IMG/VR virus record: IMGVR_UViG_3300042822_000036
Coordinates: 1-48,922 of that record
From: a virus
Taxonomy: Duplodnaviria; Caudoviricetes
DNA length: 48,922 bases
Direction: 5' to 3' (one strand)
This document shows, one piece after another, positions 1-8,919 of the stretch. The stretch's first letter is position 1. Each line of letters opens with the position of its first letter. Under the pieces are notes generated by a model. The model did not search any database and was not told the DNA's origin. It saw only the letters and a program-made list of their open reading frames with translations. Position numbers and translations under genes: made by a program.

Positions 1-501
1 GAGCGCGCTGGTGCTGTTCAAGTAGCAGGTGGGAAACGGCGCCACGAACAGGTTGTTGACGATCTCCCGAGGGTCGATGCCCATCCCGCGCGCGAGTCGC
101 TGGTAGCGGCGTGCGGTGGCCTTGAAGCCCTGCTCGTAGTCCAGGTGCTTGGCGACGCCGCGCTGACAGTGAAACTTGCCCCACACCGGCACGCCCGCGG
201 CCACCGACAGAATCAAACTCTGCGCAGCCATGGTCTTCGCGCTAGCGCCATACCCAGCCAGCATCGCTGGACGGCCCGGCCCTATCTGCAGCTCCTTGCT
301 CACCCAGGGCGTGGGCGGCAATGGCAAGAACACCTCGCGGCCTAGGCGCCACTCGATGCTCGCCGCATTCTTGCGCAGCGATATGACATTGCCACCGCCG
401 TTGCCCGTGCCGTTGGCCATGACCTTGCCGACTGGCGCGAACTGCCCGCCATCAGCGATGTAGTCACTTAGATCCTTTGGTGGCGGTACTTCCTCTTTCA
501 T
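1..501 (-). CDS. RecA-fold (AAA_25/RepA-like) replicative helicase, N-terminal part; continues at 48922-48257 across the circular join
   Basis: Not in the ORF track because it runs off the window. Manual translation from ATG at 501: MKEEVPPP...GRPAMLAGYGASAKTMAAQSL...HLDYEQG...YLNSTSAL with no stop. Walker A-like GYGASAKT; ATG overlaps the primase stop. Confidence 0.85.
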   Translation of the reverse strand, partial: MKEEVPPPKDLSDYIADGGQFAPVGKVMANGTGNGGGNVISLRKNAASIEWRLGREVFLPLPPTPWVSKELQIGPGRPAMLAGYGASAKTMAAQSLILSVAAGVPVWGKFHCQRGVAKHLDYEQGFKATARRYQRLARGMGIDPREIVNNLFVAPFPTCYLNSTSAL

Positions 502-1553
502 GCGTCCGACTCCCAACGCTCGACTCGCACATTTCGGTGCGCAAAACTCTCGGCGATGGCGACGGCGTAGCGCTCACCTGCCTTGTCGGGATCGGTAGCA
601 ACCACCACCGTGGACCCATCGGCGATCCGAGCCGCGACCTCGGGCGACCATGAGCCGCTCACGACGCCGAACGACGCCGGCGCGCACTCGGCCGCATCGG
701 ACCACTGTATCGCCGCCATGAGGAAGTCGATCTCGCCCTCGGCCACCACCACCCGCAGCTCGGTGCTGCCCGGCCACCAGTCGGGGCGCTGACCGTTTGC
801 GAGTAACCATCGGCCAAACCCATCGGCCATCAGCAGGCCGGCGCGACCAAAGCCAGTCGGAGCAAAGCTCTTGATCTGCGCAGTGCCGTCGATGTTGCGA
901 GCCAGCACGCTCCGCATCAGCCCGCGCTCGTCGAACAGCGGCACGATCAGCTGGTGGCCACTCTCGACCCAGCTCACCGGGCGACCGAGATCCATGTCCC
1001 ACCGGGCCGCCCACGTCGGCACAGCTTTGCCCGCGCGCAGCGCGCGAGCGAGATCGAAGCTAGTCACCAGCGTCGGCCACACCTTGCGACCTGCGAGGTA
1101 GTCACGCACCGCCGGGTCGGTATCCGCGGGCACGCAGGCATCCCAGAAGCACCGCACCTCGGCCTCGGGTGGGTACTCAGCCGGTATCGGCGCGGGTTCA
1201 TTGGCTGGCCACAGCTCGACGCCAGCGAACTTGCCGCACCACTCGCGCACCTCTTCGCGCGCGGTAGCCCCGAGATCACGAAACCGCTTGCCGCGCAGCA
1301 CCAGCGCCACCAGGTCGATGCTGTCACCGCTGACGTCGCAGTCCATGCAGCGAAAGCCGGTGCCATCGCGTCGAACACCGAGCGCACCGCGACGATCGCG
1401 CCGTCCAGCATGCCGCCGCTCCACGCCGCACGCGGGGCACCCATACACGCTGCCGCCAGATGCCCCGCGTGCGGGAGCGGTCTTCAGGCCGAGCGCCGTG
1501 GCGACGCTGAGCACCGGCGTGCCCCGCATGGCGTCGATCCAGGACGGCGTCAT
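498..1553 (-). CDS. DNA primase (Zn-binding N-terminus + TOPRIM domain)
   Basis: CPAC...CMDC zinc motif; TOPRIM-like VVAEGEID and VVATDPDKAG; directly upstream of the helicase. Confidence 0.8.
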   Translation of the reverse strand: MTPSWIDAMRGTPVLSVATALGLKTAPARGASGGSVYGCPACGVERRHAGRRDRRGALGVRRDGTGFRCMDCDVSGDSIDLVALVLRGKRFRDLGATAREEVREWCGKFAGVELWPANEPAPIPAEYPPEAEVRCFWDACVPADTDPAVRDYLAGRKVWPTLVTSFDLARALRAGKAVPTWAARWDMDLGRPVSWVESGHQLIVPLFDERGLMRSVLARNIDGTAQIKSFAPTGFGRAGLLMADGFGRWLLANGQRPDWWPGSTELRVVVAEGEIDFLMAAIQWSDAAECAPASFGVVSGSWSPEVAARIADGSTVVVATDPDKAGERYAVAIAESFAHRNVRVERWESDA

Positions 1554-2245
1554 ACGACCCCCTTGGTGAGCGTGCCAAGCGCTTCGCGTGCGCAGCCAAT
1601 TGGATCCCGCCAGATGTCTGCGCCGCTGAACCGGAACACGAGATGGCCGTGCGCCTGCATGTAGCGATCACGCGCCTTATCCGCACTTGCCTGCTGCTTG
1701 GTACGCTCGTGGTAGTCGTGCCCATCACACTCAATCGCCATCGTGCGACGTAACTGGGTGACGCCACCCACGCAGTCCTCGAACACCGCGAATATGTCGG
1801 CGCGGTACGGGCCCAGCTTGAGCTGCGGATACAACAGGACCCGCAGCTGTACCGGCCCGTCAAGCCAGCCGTCACAGGCCTTGCGAGCCGAGCGCGACCA
1901 CGTGAACTCTGGTAACCGAACAAAGCAACGCCGCTCTCGGATGAGTCCTGGCGACCACAGCGCGCATTTGAATGCACCGGCGGCGACTTCGAGCACCAAC
2001 GCGGCCAGCAGCGCTCGTTCAATCGGTGATTCGCAGGCACGGAAGGCTCTGTGCACATGCGAGTGGATCAGCACGCCACCACTCATGCCGCCGACGTGAT
2101 CGGCCACCGTGGCAGCGAGGCGATAGTCCCACGACGCATGGCCGAACTGCCGCTTGGGATAGGCAACGGAAGCAAGCTGATCGAACCGCTCCGCCCAGCG
2201 CGTCGGCCAGAGCTCGTCCAGGTTGTCGTCCCCGCCCAGCGCCAC
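1550..2245 (-). CDS. DUF559/Vsr-like PD-(D/E)XK endonuclease
   Basis: ESPIE, YRADIF, AIECDGHDYH and RDRYMQAHGHLVFRFSG motifs typical of DUF559-type nucleases. Confidence 0.75.
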   Translation of the reverse strand: MALGGDDNLDELWPTRWAERFDQLASVAYPKRQFGHASWDYRLAATVADHVGGMSGGVLIHSHVHRAFRACESPIERALLAALVLEVAAGAFKCALWSPGLIRERRCFVRLPEFTWSRSARKACDGWLDGPVQLRVLLYPQLKLGPYRADIFAVFEDCVGGVTQLRRTMAIECDGHDYHERTKQQASADKARDRYMQAHGHLVFRFSGADIWRDPIGCAREALGTLTKGVV

Positions 2246-2254
2246 GTTCGCCCC

Positions 2255-2701
2255 CTACCCGTCCAGCCGCCTGCCCCCCTTGGCCGTCACGGTCTCGGGC
2301 TCTGGGTCGAGGTGCTTGCGCAACGGCCGCTCCTCGTCATCCTCGTTGAGCTCGCCCTCGTCCTGGTCGTCGAACATGTCCTCCTGCCGATCGGCAGCGC
2401 TCATCGCGCGCTGATCGACCTCCGCCCCGGTGTCCTGTCGGATGAGCCGAAAGCAGTTCTTCGGGAAGTCCTCGACCCAGACGCAGCGCACCTGGCGCAG
2501 CTCGTTGCCGCTGTCGATCACGCCGGCGAGCTTGCGGCGCAAGATCTGCTCGTTCTTGATCTGGTCGGTCACCGCCCCGCGCTCGAGCTTGAGCTGCTCG
2601 ATGCGCAGTTCCGCGTCGGCCATCGCGTCACCACGCGCCAACAACTCGGCCTGGTTGAGCTCACATGAAAGTTCGCGCGTCTCGATTTCTGGCTCTGGCA
2701 T
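2255..2701 (-). CDS. hypothetical phage protein (coiled coil, acidic tail)
   Basis: ORF in the cro-primase operon; ATG at 2701 preceded by a G-rich SD-like sequence. Confidence 0.7.
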   Translation of the reverse strand: MPEPEIETRELSCELNQAELLARGDAMADAELRIEQLKLERGAVTDQIKNEQILRRKLAGVIDSGNELRQVRCVWVEDFPKNCFRLIRQDTGAEVDQRAMSAADRQEDMFDDQDEGELNEDDEERPLRKHLDPEPETVTAKGGRRLDG

Positions 2702-2765
2702 CGTCCATTCCCCCTGCCCGCAAGTGATCAAGAGGCGCTCTTCAGCGCCGACATCTGTCCAGTTG

Positions 2766-3059
2766 TCAGTTCAGCGCGGTGACTCCTTCTCGAACCGCGC
2801 GCACCCGCGCCCTGTACGGCCGAAGACCAAGCGCCCGATCGACAGCGCCGAGCACGTCAGCTAATGAACCGCCGCACACCGCGGCAAAGAGCGCGCATGT
2901 CTCGATCGTCGGCGCGTGCACTCCGCGCTCGATCCGCCCAATGATCGAGCGGTACGAATCGCAGTGGAACGCGACCTGTGTCTGCGACAAACCCGATGCC
3001 AGCCGTAGCCGCCGAAGCTCAGCGCCAGCAGCGCGAGCAATTCGGTCGGCAACGATCAT
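2766..3059 (-). CDS. XRE-family HTH transcriptional regulator
   Basis: LRRLRLASGLSQTQVA...IGRIERG...PTIET pattern; ATGA-coupled to the upstream Cro-like gene. Confidence 0.8.
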   Translation of the reverse strand: MIVADRIARAAGAELRRLRLASGLSQTQVAFHCDSYRSIIGRIERGVHAPTIETCALFAAVCGGSLADVLGAVDRALGLRPYRARVRAVREGVTALN

Positions 3060-3364
3060 GCAACGCCCTCGCGCGGCTGCTCGCCCACGGGTTCGTCGTC
3101 GTCGTCGTCATCATCGTCCACGCTAGACGGTGGCGGATCCGTCGGCAGCGCCTGCGGCGGCGCGCCTTGCCCGAACACCAACCAGACACGGTCGACGTTG
3201 AACAGTCTGGACGCTTCCTCGAGCGTCGGTAACGTCAGCGGCGATTCACCGCGCTCCCATCGGCTCACGGTTTGCGGATCGACGTCGAACAACCTCGCCG
3301 TCTCGCGCTGCGTGAGGCCGCGAACACGACGTGCATGCCGAAAGCGATTGTGGCGGGAGTCCAT
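3056..3364 (-). CDS. Cro-like XRE HTH regulator with acidic tail
   Basis: RGLTQRETARLFDVDPQTVSRWERG; divergent from the repressor gene. Confidence 0.8.
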   Translation of the reverse strand: MDSRHNRFRHARRVRGLTQRETARLFDVDPQTVSRWERGESPLTLPTLEEASRLFNVDRVWLVFGQGAPPQALPTDPPPSSVDDDDDDDDEPVGEQPREGVA

Positions 3365-3509
3365 GGACTGAACCCAACAAGTCTAGGCATACGACGCGGA
3401 GTTTGCAATGCCGGAGCTCGGTCAGCGCCCGTCAAATGCTTTGCGCACATTGGACTAGGCACACCGCGTTTATACACGTTATACGCACCTGGTGCAGTAT
3501 CTACGCGAA
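3365..3509. promoter_or_regulatory. divergent cI/cro control region with CTAGGCA operator-like sites
   Basis: Intergenic region between divergent HTH genes; CTAGGCA at 3383-3389 and 3455-3461. Confidence 0.6.
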
Positions 3510-3941
3510 ATGTCTCTCGCCATTGAGGACGAGGAGCGCGGCAAACGGATCGCAGCCCTACGTGAAGCCCGCGACCTCGTGCAGGTGCAGCTCGCCGCCA
3601 AGCTTGGAGTGGACGCGCAAACCATCAGTCGGTGGGAGCGCGGTGCCAAATTCAAACCGAAAAACCTCGACAAACTCGTCAAATTCTTCGGTGTTAGCGC
3701 TGAGTTCATCCTCGAGGGCACGGCTGGCAACGCTGTCGTGACCTATCCCGCCTTCGCCGAGTACCAGGCGTGGTTGGAAAAGCACCCTGAGGAACTCGAG
3801 GCGCTGCCGCCGGGCGCGCTCGAGAATATACGCACCTTTCGACTTACAATCGCCAACGACTACGAACCAACTCTTCAGAGTTACATGGTGCTACATAGCT
3901 TTATGGTCGGGCTCAAGAAGCGCAAGCGTGGGCGCGGCTAG
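3510..3941 (+). CDS. CI-like repressor (XRE HTH, no S24 peptidase domain)
   Basis: LREARDLVQVQLAAKLGVDAQTISRWERG; recognition helix nearly identical to the Cro-like protein (QTVSRWERG). Alternative GTG start at 3492. Confidence 0.8.
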   Translation: MSLAIEDEERGKRIAALREARDLVQVQLAAKLGVDAQTISRWERGAKFKPKNLDKLVKFFGVSAEFILEGTAGNAVVTYPAFAEYQAWLEKHPEELEALPPGALENIRTFRLTIANDYEPTLQSYMVLHSFMVGLKKRKRGRG

Positions 3942-4036
3942 CACGCTACCCGACAACAGCGCATGGCCAGCGGCGGGTAGCGAAAGAACAGTCTTTTCAA
4001 GGGCGAATCAGCGTGTGAGGTTTTCCGCAACACGCC

Positions 4037-4276
4037 ATGGCACGCAACCTCGGCATCGTAGAGACACGCTTATACCTGGAAACCACGGCGGCCAAGGCTC
4101 TGCCGATGTGGCTACGCACAGCGCTGGTCATGTTTCGATGGCCGGACGACTACGCACCTAGCACACGCGACCTTGCCGGGTTGGTAGCGTGCTTACGGGC
4201 GTTCCGGACAAGCACATTGCGCAAGCCGCTAGCTGCAACCAGGGGTAGGCGCCCCGTGATGAAACGAGCGGGCTGA
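4037..4276 (+). CDS. small protein resembling the repressor C-terminal domain (candidate antirepressor)
   Basis: Shares E-x3-[YW]LE, ALP-x9-FR and DY-x-P[ST] with the C-terminal half of 3510..3941; lacks an HTH. Confidence 0.6.
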   Translation: MARNLGIVETRLYLETTAAKALPMWLRTALVMFRWPDDYAPSTRDLAGLVACLRAFRTSTLRKPLAATRGRRPVMKRAG

Positions 4277-4328
4277 GCGCACCCGGTAGCCTGCAAACGG
4301 GGCGGGCTGACCTTGCCAAGCATTTTTG

Positions 4329-4381
4329 TTAGGCATATCGCGACGTGTTCGCTTGATGCCTAGACCTAGGCATGTAACGCT
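4329..4381 (+). promoter_or_regulatory. early rightward promoter/operator
   Basis: Perfect inverted repeat ATGCCTAG-AC-CTAGGCAT (4356-4373) overlapping a TTGATG -35-like hexamer (4353-4358); extra TTAGGCAT at 4329-4336. Confidence 0.6.
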
Positions 4382-4387
4382 TAGTAC

Positions 4388-4603
4388 ATGCCCGGTCAGC
4401 ATGAGTCTTCTGCCTCTGGATCGACGCCCGCCCCGCCCCGCTTCCGCACTCTCCCGCCTGCCGACGTCGCCTACCGATCGGCGCAACTCCACGCAGCCGT
4501 CGCCGAGGCCTTCGCCGCCAAGGAGAAGCCCGTAACGCGCTGCGCAGCCTGCGGCATTGTCATTCACGTAGGCTGCAACGCCGCGGGGAGCTGCGTGCGA
4601 TGA
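4388..4603 (+). CDS. hypothetical protein (Cys-rich C-terminus)
   Basis: First ORF after the operator; stop overlaps the next ATG. Confidence 0.5.
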   Translation: MPGQHESSASGSTPAPPRFRTLPPADVAYRSAQLHAAVAEAFAAKEKPVTRCAACGIVIHVGCNAAGSCVR

Positions 4604-4962
4604 GCCGCCGCTACGACGACAAAGACGGCCTCGACGCGCCGTTCAATCAAGCATGGGACGCGGCGATCCGCGAGGACAAGATCCGCGAGGACGCCAAGCG
4701 CAAGCGCGCGTTCAAGTGCAAGCGCTGCGGCGACGCAGGCTTCATGCTCACCGACACGCAGCGCACTGAGCTCCACAGCAAGCTGCTCGCGCTGCTGAGC
4801 GGCCCCATCGACTGGACGTGCCCGGCCGAGAACTCTCTTCTCAACCCGGCGTCACCGCCGCACGTGCTCGGCGTCGCGCATAACCTCGCCTCCCGCCTGG
4901 TGGCCGCTGACCAAGGGCTCTGCGTCTACTGCACCGACTACATCGAGGGCCCGGCATCGTGA
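4600..4962 (+). CDS. hypothetical Zn-binding protein
   Basis: CKRC and CVYC pairs; overlapping start/stop chain. Confidence 0.65.
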   Translation: MSRRYDDKDGLDAPFNQAWDAAIREDKIREDAKRKRAFKCKRCGDAGFMLTDTQRTELHSKLLALLSGPIDWTCPAENSLLNPASPPHVLGVAHNLASRLVAADQGLCVYCTDYIEGPAS

Positions 4963-5273
4963 TCGGCTGCCCCCACGACGCGCCGCTCTGCGACGAGTGC
5001 GATGACGTCGGCTTCGTCGTCGACCCGCGCTCTGCAGATGAGGACGGTGTGCCGGATCTGCTGCCGTGCCCGCGCAACTGCGGCGCGAGTGAGGGTCATA
5101 TGGTTCGAGGTTTGGACCAGTGGAAGTGCACCGTGCCCGTGGACGACCGCGAGCTCGAGGCCGAGCGAGCCGCGGCACTGGATGAGCTGGCCGAGGGCGA
5201 GCGCGACGTGCCGCGCGTCCAGCCGCTCGGCCCGGTGAGCGGGCCACTGGAAGAGGACGACATCCAATGGTGA
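4959..5273 (+). CDS. hypothetical Zn-binding acidic protein
   Basis: CDEC and CPRNC motifs; coupled to neighbours. Confidence 0.6.
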   Translation: MIGCPHDAPLCDECDDVGFVVDPRSADEDGVPDLLPCPRNCGASEGHMVRGLDQWKCTVPVDDRELEAERAAALDELAEGERDVPRVQPLGPVSGPLEEDDIQW

Positions 5274-5461
5274 ACCCGCAACTCGAGTGCGAGGAGTACC
5301 CCGGCGAGCTGCGCGAGCTGCGCGCGGTGCTGGCCGCGATCGCAAAGCGCGGCTGCCTCGAGTGCCAGCTCCGCGCCTCGGTGGCCGCGGTGGTCGCCAA
5401 GCAGCCGCCGGCTGAGCATCCGCTGCTGGCGCTGAACTGTTCGGAGCATCGCTCATGGTGA
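5267..5461 (+). CDS. hypothetical protein
   Basis: Fills the operon between 5273 and 5455 with short overlaps. Confidence 0.55.
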   Translation: MVNPQLECEEYPGELRELRAVLAAIAKRGCLECQLRASVAAVVAKQPPAEHPLLALNCSEHRSW

Positions 5462-6441
5462 CGCGCTTGCCCGTGATCACCTCGAGCGAGCAGCGCACCT
5501 TTCGGCGCTGCGCTCGCGAGCACTACCACACCTACGTGCTTGGCTACCGCACGCTGCACAAGGCCGAGGCACTGCGCTTTGGCACGCTCATGCACGCCGG
5601 CCTCGAAGCCTGGTGGCGCGCGCCCAGCAACCGCCTCTCGGCCGCGCTCGACGCCATGACGCCTGTGGCCGAGGACGAGTTCGACCTGGTGCGCGCCGGC
5701 GTGCTCCTGCAGGGCTACGACGCCCGCTGGCACGCCGAGGATCTCGAGGTGCTGGGCGTCGAGCTCGAGTTCCGGGCGCCCTTGCTCAACCCCAAGACCG
5801 GCGCTGCGAGCCGCACCTACGAGATCGCCGGCAAGCTCGATGCGCTGGTGCGTAAGCTCGACGATGGACTCGTCTACATCGTCGAGCACAAAACTACCTC
5901 GGAGGATATCGGGGCCGGTTCCCAGTACTGGCGGCGGCTCACTCTGGACCCGCAGATCTCGCAGTACTACGCCGGCGCCAAGGCGCTGGGCCACGACGTC
6001 GCCGGCTGCCTCTACGACGTGCTCGGCAAGCCCGCCATTCGTCCGCAGCGGGCCACACCGGAAGAGTGCCGCCGGTACACCAAGGCCGGTCTGCTCTACG
6101 CCAACCAGCGGGAGCAAGACGAGACTGCCGACGAGTACCGCGCCCGCCTGGTCGAACTCATCGCCGAGCAGCCCGATCGCTTCTACCAGCGCGGTACGGT
6201 GGTGCGCCTGGAGGATGAGGAGCGCGACGCGGCGTTCGACACCTGGCAAACCGCGCGCCTGATTCGCGAAGCCGAGCTCGCCAAGCGTCATCCCAGGAAC
6301 CCGGATGCCTGCTCCCGATACGGCCGCACGTGCGAGTTCTTCGGGGTGTGCACCGGCACCGAGTCGCTCACCGACACCACCCGGTTCCGGCACGTCGAGG
6401 ACGTCCACGAGGAGCTCAGCCCGGACACCAAAGCCGCCTAA
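5455..6441 (+). CDS. Cas4/RecB-like PD-(D/E)XK exonuclease
   Basis: FRRCARE, GTLMH, GKLDAL, IVEHKT, QISQY and C-terminal C-x6-C-x5-C (one + three Cys pattern of Fe-S RecB/Cas4-like nucleases). Confidence 0.85.
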   Translation: MVTRLPVITSSEQRTFRRCAREHYHTYVLGYRTLHKAEALRFGTLMHAGLEAWWRAPSNRLSAALDAMTPVAEDEFDLVRAGVLLQGYDARWHAEDLEVLGVELEFRAPLLNPKTGAASRTYEIAGKLDALVRKLDDGLVYIVEHKTTSEDIGAGSQYWRRLTLDPQISQYYAGAKALGHDVAGCLYDVLGKPAIRPQRATPEECRRYTKAGLLYANQREQDETADEYRARLVELIAEQPDRFYQRGTVVRLEDEERDAAFDTWQTARLIREAELAKRHPRNPDACSRYGRTCEFFGVCTGTESLTDTTRFRHVEDVHEELSPDTKAA

Positions 6442-6486
6442 AGTTCGTGCGCCAGTTCGGCGCGCGCTGTCGAAAGAGGAGACAGA

Positions 6487-7455
6487 ATGCAGAACGCAGC
6501 AGCACCGAAACAAGATTCCACTCCCAAGACCGCCCCCAAGCGCATGAGCCTTGTCGGGGTGGTTCAGGGCCGAGTGCAAAAGCCCATCCGCGCCCTAGTG
6601 TGGGGCGTCGAGGGCATCGGAAAGAGCACCTTCGGGAGCAATGCCCCGTCACCGATCTTCCTCGGTGCGGAGGACGGCACGACCGAGCTCGATGTCGCGC
6701 GCTTCCCGGAGCCCACAAACTGGCAGCACGTTTTTGACGCAATCGCCGAGCTCACCACCGCCGAGCACAGCTACCGCACGCTGGTGCTCGACACCCTGGA
6801 CTGGCTCGAGCCGCTCAACTGGGAGCACGTCTGCGCCAAGGGGGACGGCCGTGGCAAACGCATCGCGTCCATCGAGGACTTCGGCTACGGCAAGGGCTAC
6901 GCGGCTGCGCTCGACGAGTGGCGTCGTGTGCTCGCCGCGATCGAGCGCCTGCGCAACACACGAAACATGCACGTCGTGCTCCTGGCGCACGGCTGGATCA
7001 AGCCGTTCAAGAACCCGGACGGCCCCGACTACGACAGGCACGAGCTCAAGCTCCACCCCAAGGCCGGCGGCCTGCTCAAGGAGTGGTGCGATGCCGTCTT
7101 GTTCGCGAACTACGAGACCTTGACGCACGAGAACAATGGCCGTCACAAGGGTATCTCGACCGGCGCCCGCGTCCTGCATACGCAGAGGCGCGCGGCCTTC
7201 GACGCCAAGAACCGCTACGACTTGCCCGAAACGCTCCCGCTCGACTGGGAAGCGTTCGCCGAGGCGGTCGCCGCCCACCGCCCCGCGGACCCGAACCAGC
7301 TCAAGGCGCGCATCTCCACGCTGCTCGAGCTGGCTGACGCCGAGACCCGCACCAAGGTCACCGCCGCACTCGCCAAGGTGGGCGACGACGCCGCCCAGCT
7401 CGCACGCATCGCAGACAAGCTCGCAGCCACCGTCAACATCAAGGAGAACTCATGA
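6487..7455 (+). CDS. Sak4-like (AAA_24) ATPase/recombinase
   Basis: Walker A GVEGIGKST, Walker B LVLDTLD, GYGKGY, EWCDAVLF, AKNRY; lies between exonuclease and SSB. Confidence 0.85.
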   Translation: MQNAAAPKQDSTPKTAPKRMSLVGVVQGRVQKPIRALVWGVEGIGKSTFGSNAPSPIFLGAEDGTTELDVARFPEPTNWQHVFDAIAELTTAEHSYRTLVLDTLDWLEPLNWEHVCAKGDGRGKRIASIEDFGYGKGYAAALDEWRRVLAAIERLRNTRNMHVVLLAHGWIKPFKNPDGPDYDRHELKLHPKAGGLLKEWCDAVLFANYETLTHENNGRHKGISTGARVLHTQRRAAFDAKNRYDLPETLPLDWEAFAEAVAAHRPADPNQLKARISTLLELADAETRTKVTAALAKVGDDAAQLARIADKLAATVNIKENS

Positions 7456-7964
7456 TCCCTGCAGGCATCTATCGCGCGCGCGCAGTCGAAGGCGCCCTCG
7501 GCCGCACGTCCAAGGGCACCGAGCAAGTCGCCCTTCAGTTCACCGTAGTCGAGGGCGAGCAAAAGGGCTCGTCCATCACCTGGTACGGCTATTTCAGCGA
7601 AAAAACCCTCGAACGCACGCTCGAGTCCCTCGAGTACTGCGGCTGGGAGGGCGACGACCTGAGCGATCTCACCGGGATCGACCGGAACGAAGTTTCGATC
7701 GTGGTGGAGCACGAGCAGGACGACCAGGGCGAAGTCCGCGCCCGCGTCCGTTGGATCAACTCGGGTGGCGGCATCGCCATGAAGGAGCGCATGGACGAGT
7801 CGGACGCGAAGGCGTTCGCCCAGCGCATGCGCGGCGCCGTGCTCGGCCGTCGAGCGGGCAAGCCCACGCACGCCCAGGGCGGCGCCCAGCAGCGTCAGAC
7901 ACGGCAGTCGCAGCAACGGCCGCAGCAAGCCCCACCCCCCACCGACGACGACATCCCGTTCTGA
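7452..7964 (+). CDS. single-stranded DNA-binding protein (DUF669-like)
   Basis: IPAGIYRA N-terminus, Gln/Pro-rich tail ending DDDIPF (SSB-type acidic tip). Confidence 0.8.
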   Translation: MIPAGIYRARAVEGALGRTSKGTEQVALQFTVVEGEQKGSSITWYGYFSEKTLERTLESLEYCGWEGDDLSDLTGIDRNEVSIVVEHEQDDQGEVRARVRWINSGGGIAMKERMDESDAKAFAQRMRGAVLGRRAGKPTHAQGGAQQRQTRQSQQRPQQAPPPTDDDIPF

Positions 7965-7977
7965 GCGAGGGCTGGCC

Positions 7978-8217
7978 ATGAGCGACACCACGCGCCCGAA
8001 GTTCTACAACCTCGTCGGCCACGGCGGCGAAGTCGTCCCGGACATGCTGTGCTGCGAGGGCTGCGGGTATGGGGTGTGCTCGTGCCCTTCTGAGCCGCCC
8101 GACGACGAGCCCTACGGCTGCGTGAACCGGCAGATCTCGAGCCCACGAGAGTGCGTCGAGAGTGGGCACTACTGGTGCGACGCGTTCAAGTCCAAGCCGG
8201 CAAGAGGTGAGCCGTGA
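7978..8217 (+). CDS. hypothetical Cys-rich protein
   Basis: ORF in operon, multiple Cys. Confidence 0.55.
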   Translation: MSDTTRPKFYNLVGHGGEVVPDMLCCEGCGYGVCSCPSEPPDDEPYGCVNRQISSPRECVESGHYWCDAFKSKPARGEP

Positions 8218-8687
8218 CTGAGCCCACGAGCCCGGTCTGCACGGCGTGCGGAGTCGAGTGGTTCCACCACGGCGGCATGCCGCACGACTTCGAGTACCAG
8301 CCAGTGCCAGCCGCGACGGCGGCCCGCGACATGGCCGCGGACATCGACGACCTCTCGCGGGACTACACCGAAGAGATCGAAGCGCACCGCTTGACCCGTG
8401 AGCGTGCCGAGAAGGCGGAGGCGGAGCGGGACAAATGGGAGCGGCGAAACTCGGACCACGCTGCCAAGTATCTGGACGTCCTTCGCGAACGCGACACGCT
8501 GGCGCAGCGCATCAGCGATCTGACGGGCGAGGTCGAGGAAGCGGAGGCGCGGCTCGCGGAGCTGGTGCTCGAGGCGAACGACATGCTGCGCTACGTGGAG
8601 AACGCCGACGACTACCAGGAAGCGCGGCTGGCGACTCGACGCTTCCGCAAGAAGCTGCGCGATATCGAAGGGGGCGAGCATGGCTGA
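8214..8687 (+). CDS. hypothetical coiled-coil protein
   Basis: GTGA-coupled; CTAC motif and long charged helix. Confidence 0.65.
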   Translation: MTEPTSPVCTACGVEWFHHGGMPHDFEYQPVPAATAARDMAADIDDLSRDYTEEIEAHRLTRERAEKAEAERDKWERRNSDHAAKYLDVLRERDTLAQRISDLTGEVEEAEARLAELVLEANDMLRYVENADDYQEARLATRRFRKKLRDIEGGEHG

Positions 8688-8919
8688 GCCGTACAGCGAC
8701 AAGGAGTTGGCGACCGTGTTGCGTCTCCTCGACGAGAACGGCGCTACCCAGAACGCCGCGACCATCCGCCGCCTCCAACGCGAACGCGACAAGGCGCGGC
8801 ACGTGGCCAAGGTGCTAGCCGGCCCGGCGAAGCACCTGAAGGTTCTCGGACACGACCTGATGCCGGACGAGCTCAAGGCGATCCACGCCGCCATGGCCTA
8901 CCCGGGGCGCGAGCCATGA
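8680..8919 (+). CDS. hypothetical protein
   Basis: Overlap-coupled ORF with SD-like GGGGG. Confidence 0.6.
   Translation: MAEPYSDKELATVLRLLDENGATQNAATIRRLQRERDKARHVAKVLAGPAKHLKVLGHDLMPDELKAIHAAMAYPGREP

Noticed and set aside
5455-6441. CRISPR-associated cas4 of a Cas system
   Set aside because: No cas1/cas2 or array; context is a Sak4-SSB recombination operon.
4852-6579. 575-aa minus-strand ORF
   Set aside because: Antisense shadow of the exonuclease operon in GC-rich DNA; no recognisable motifs.
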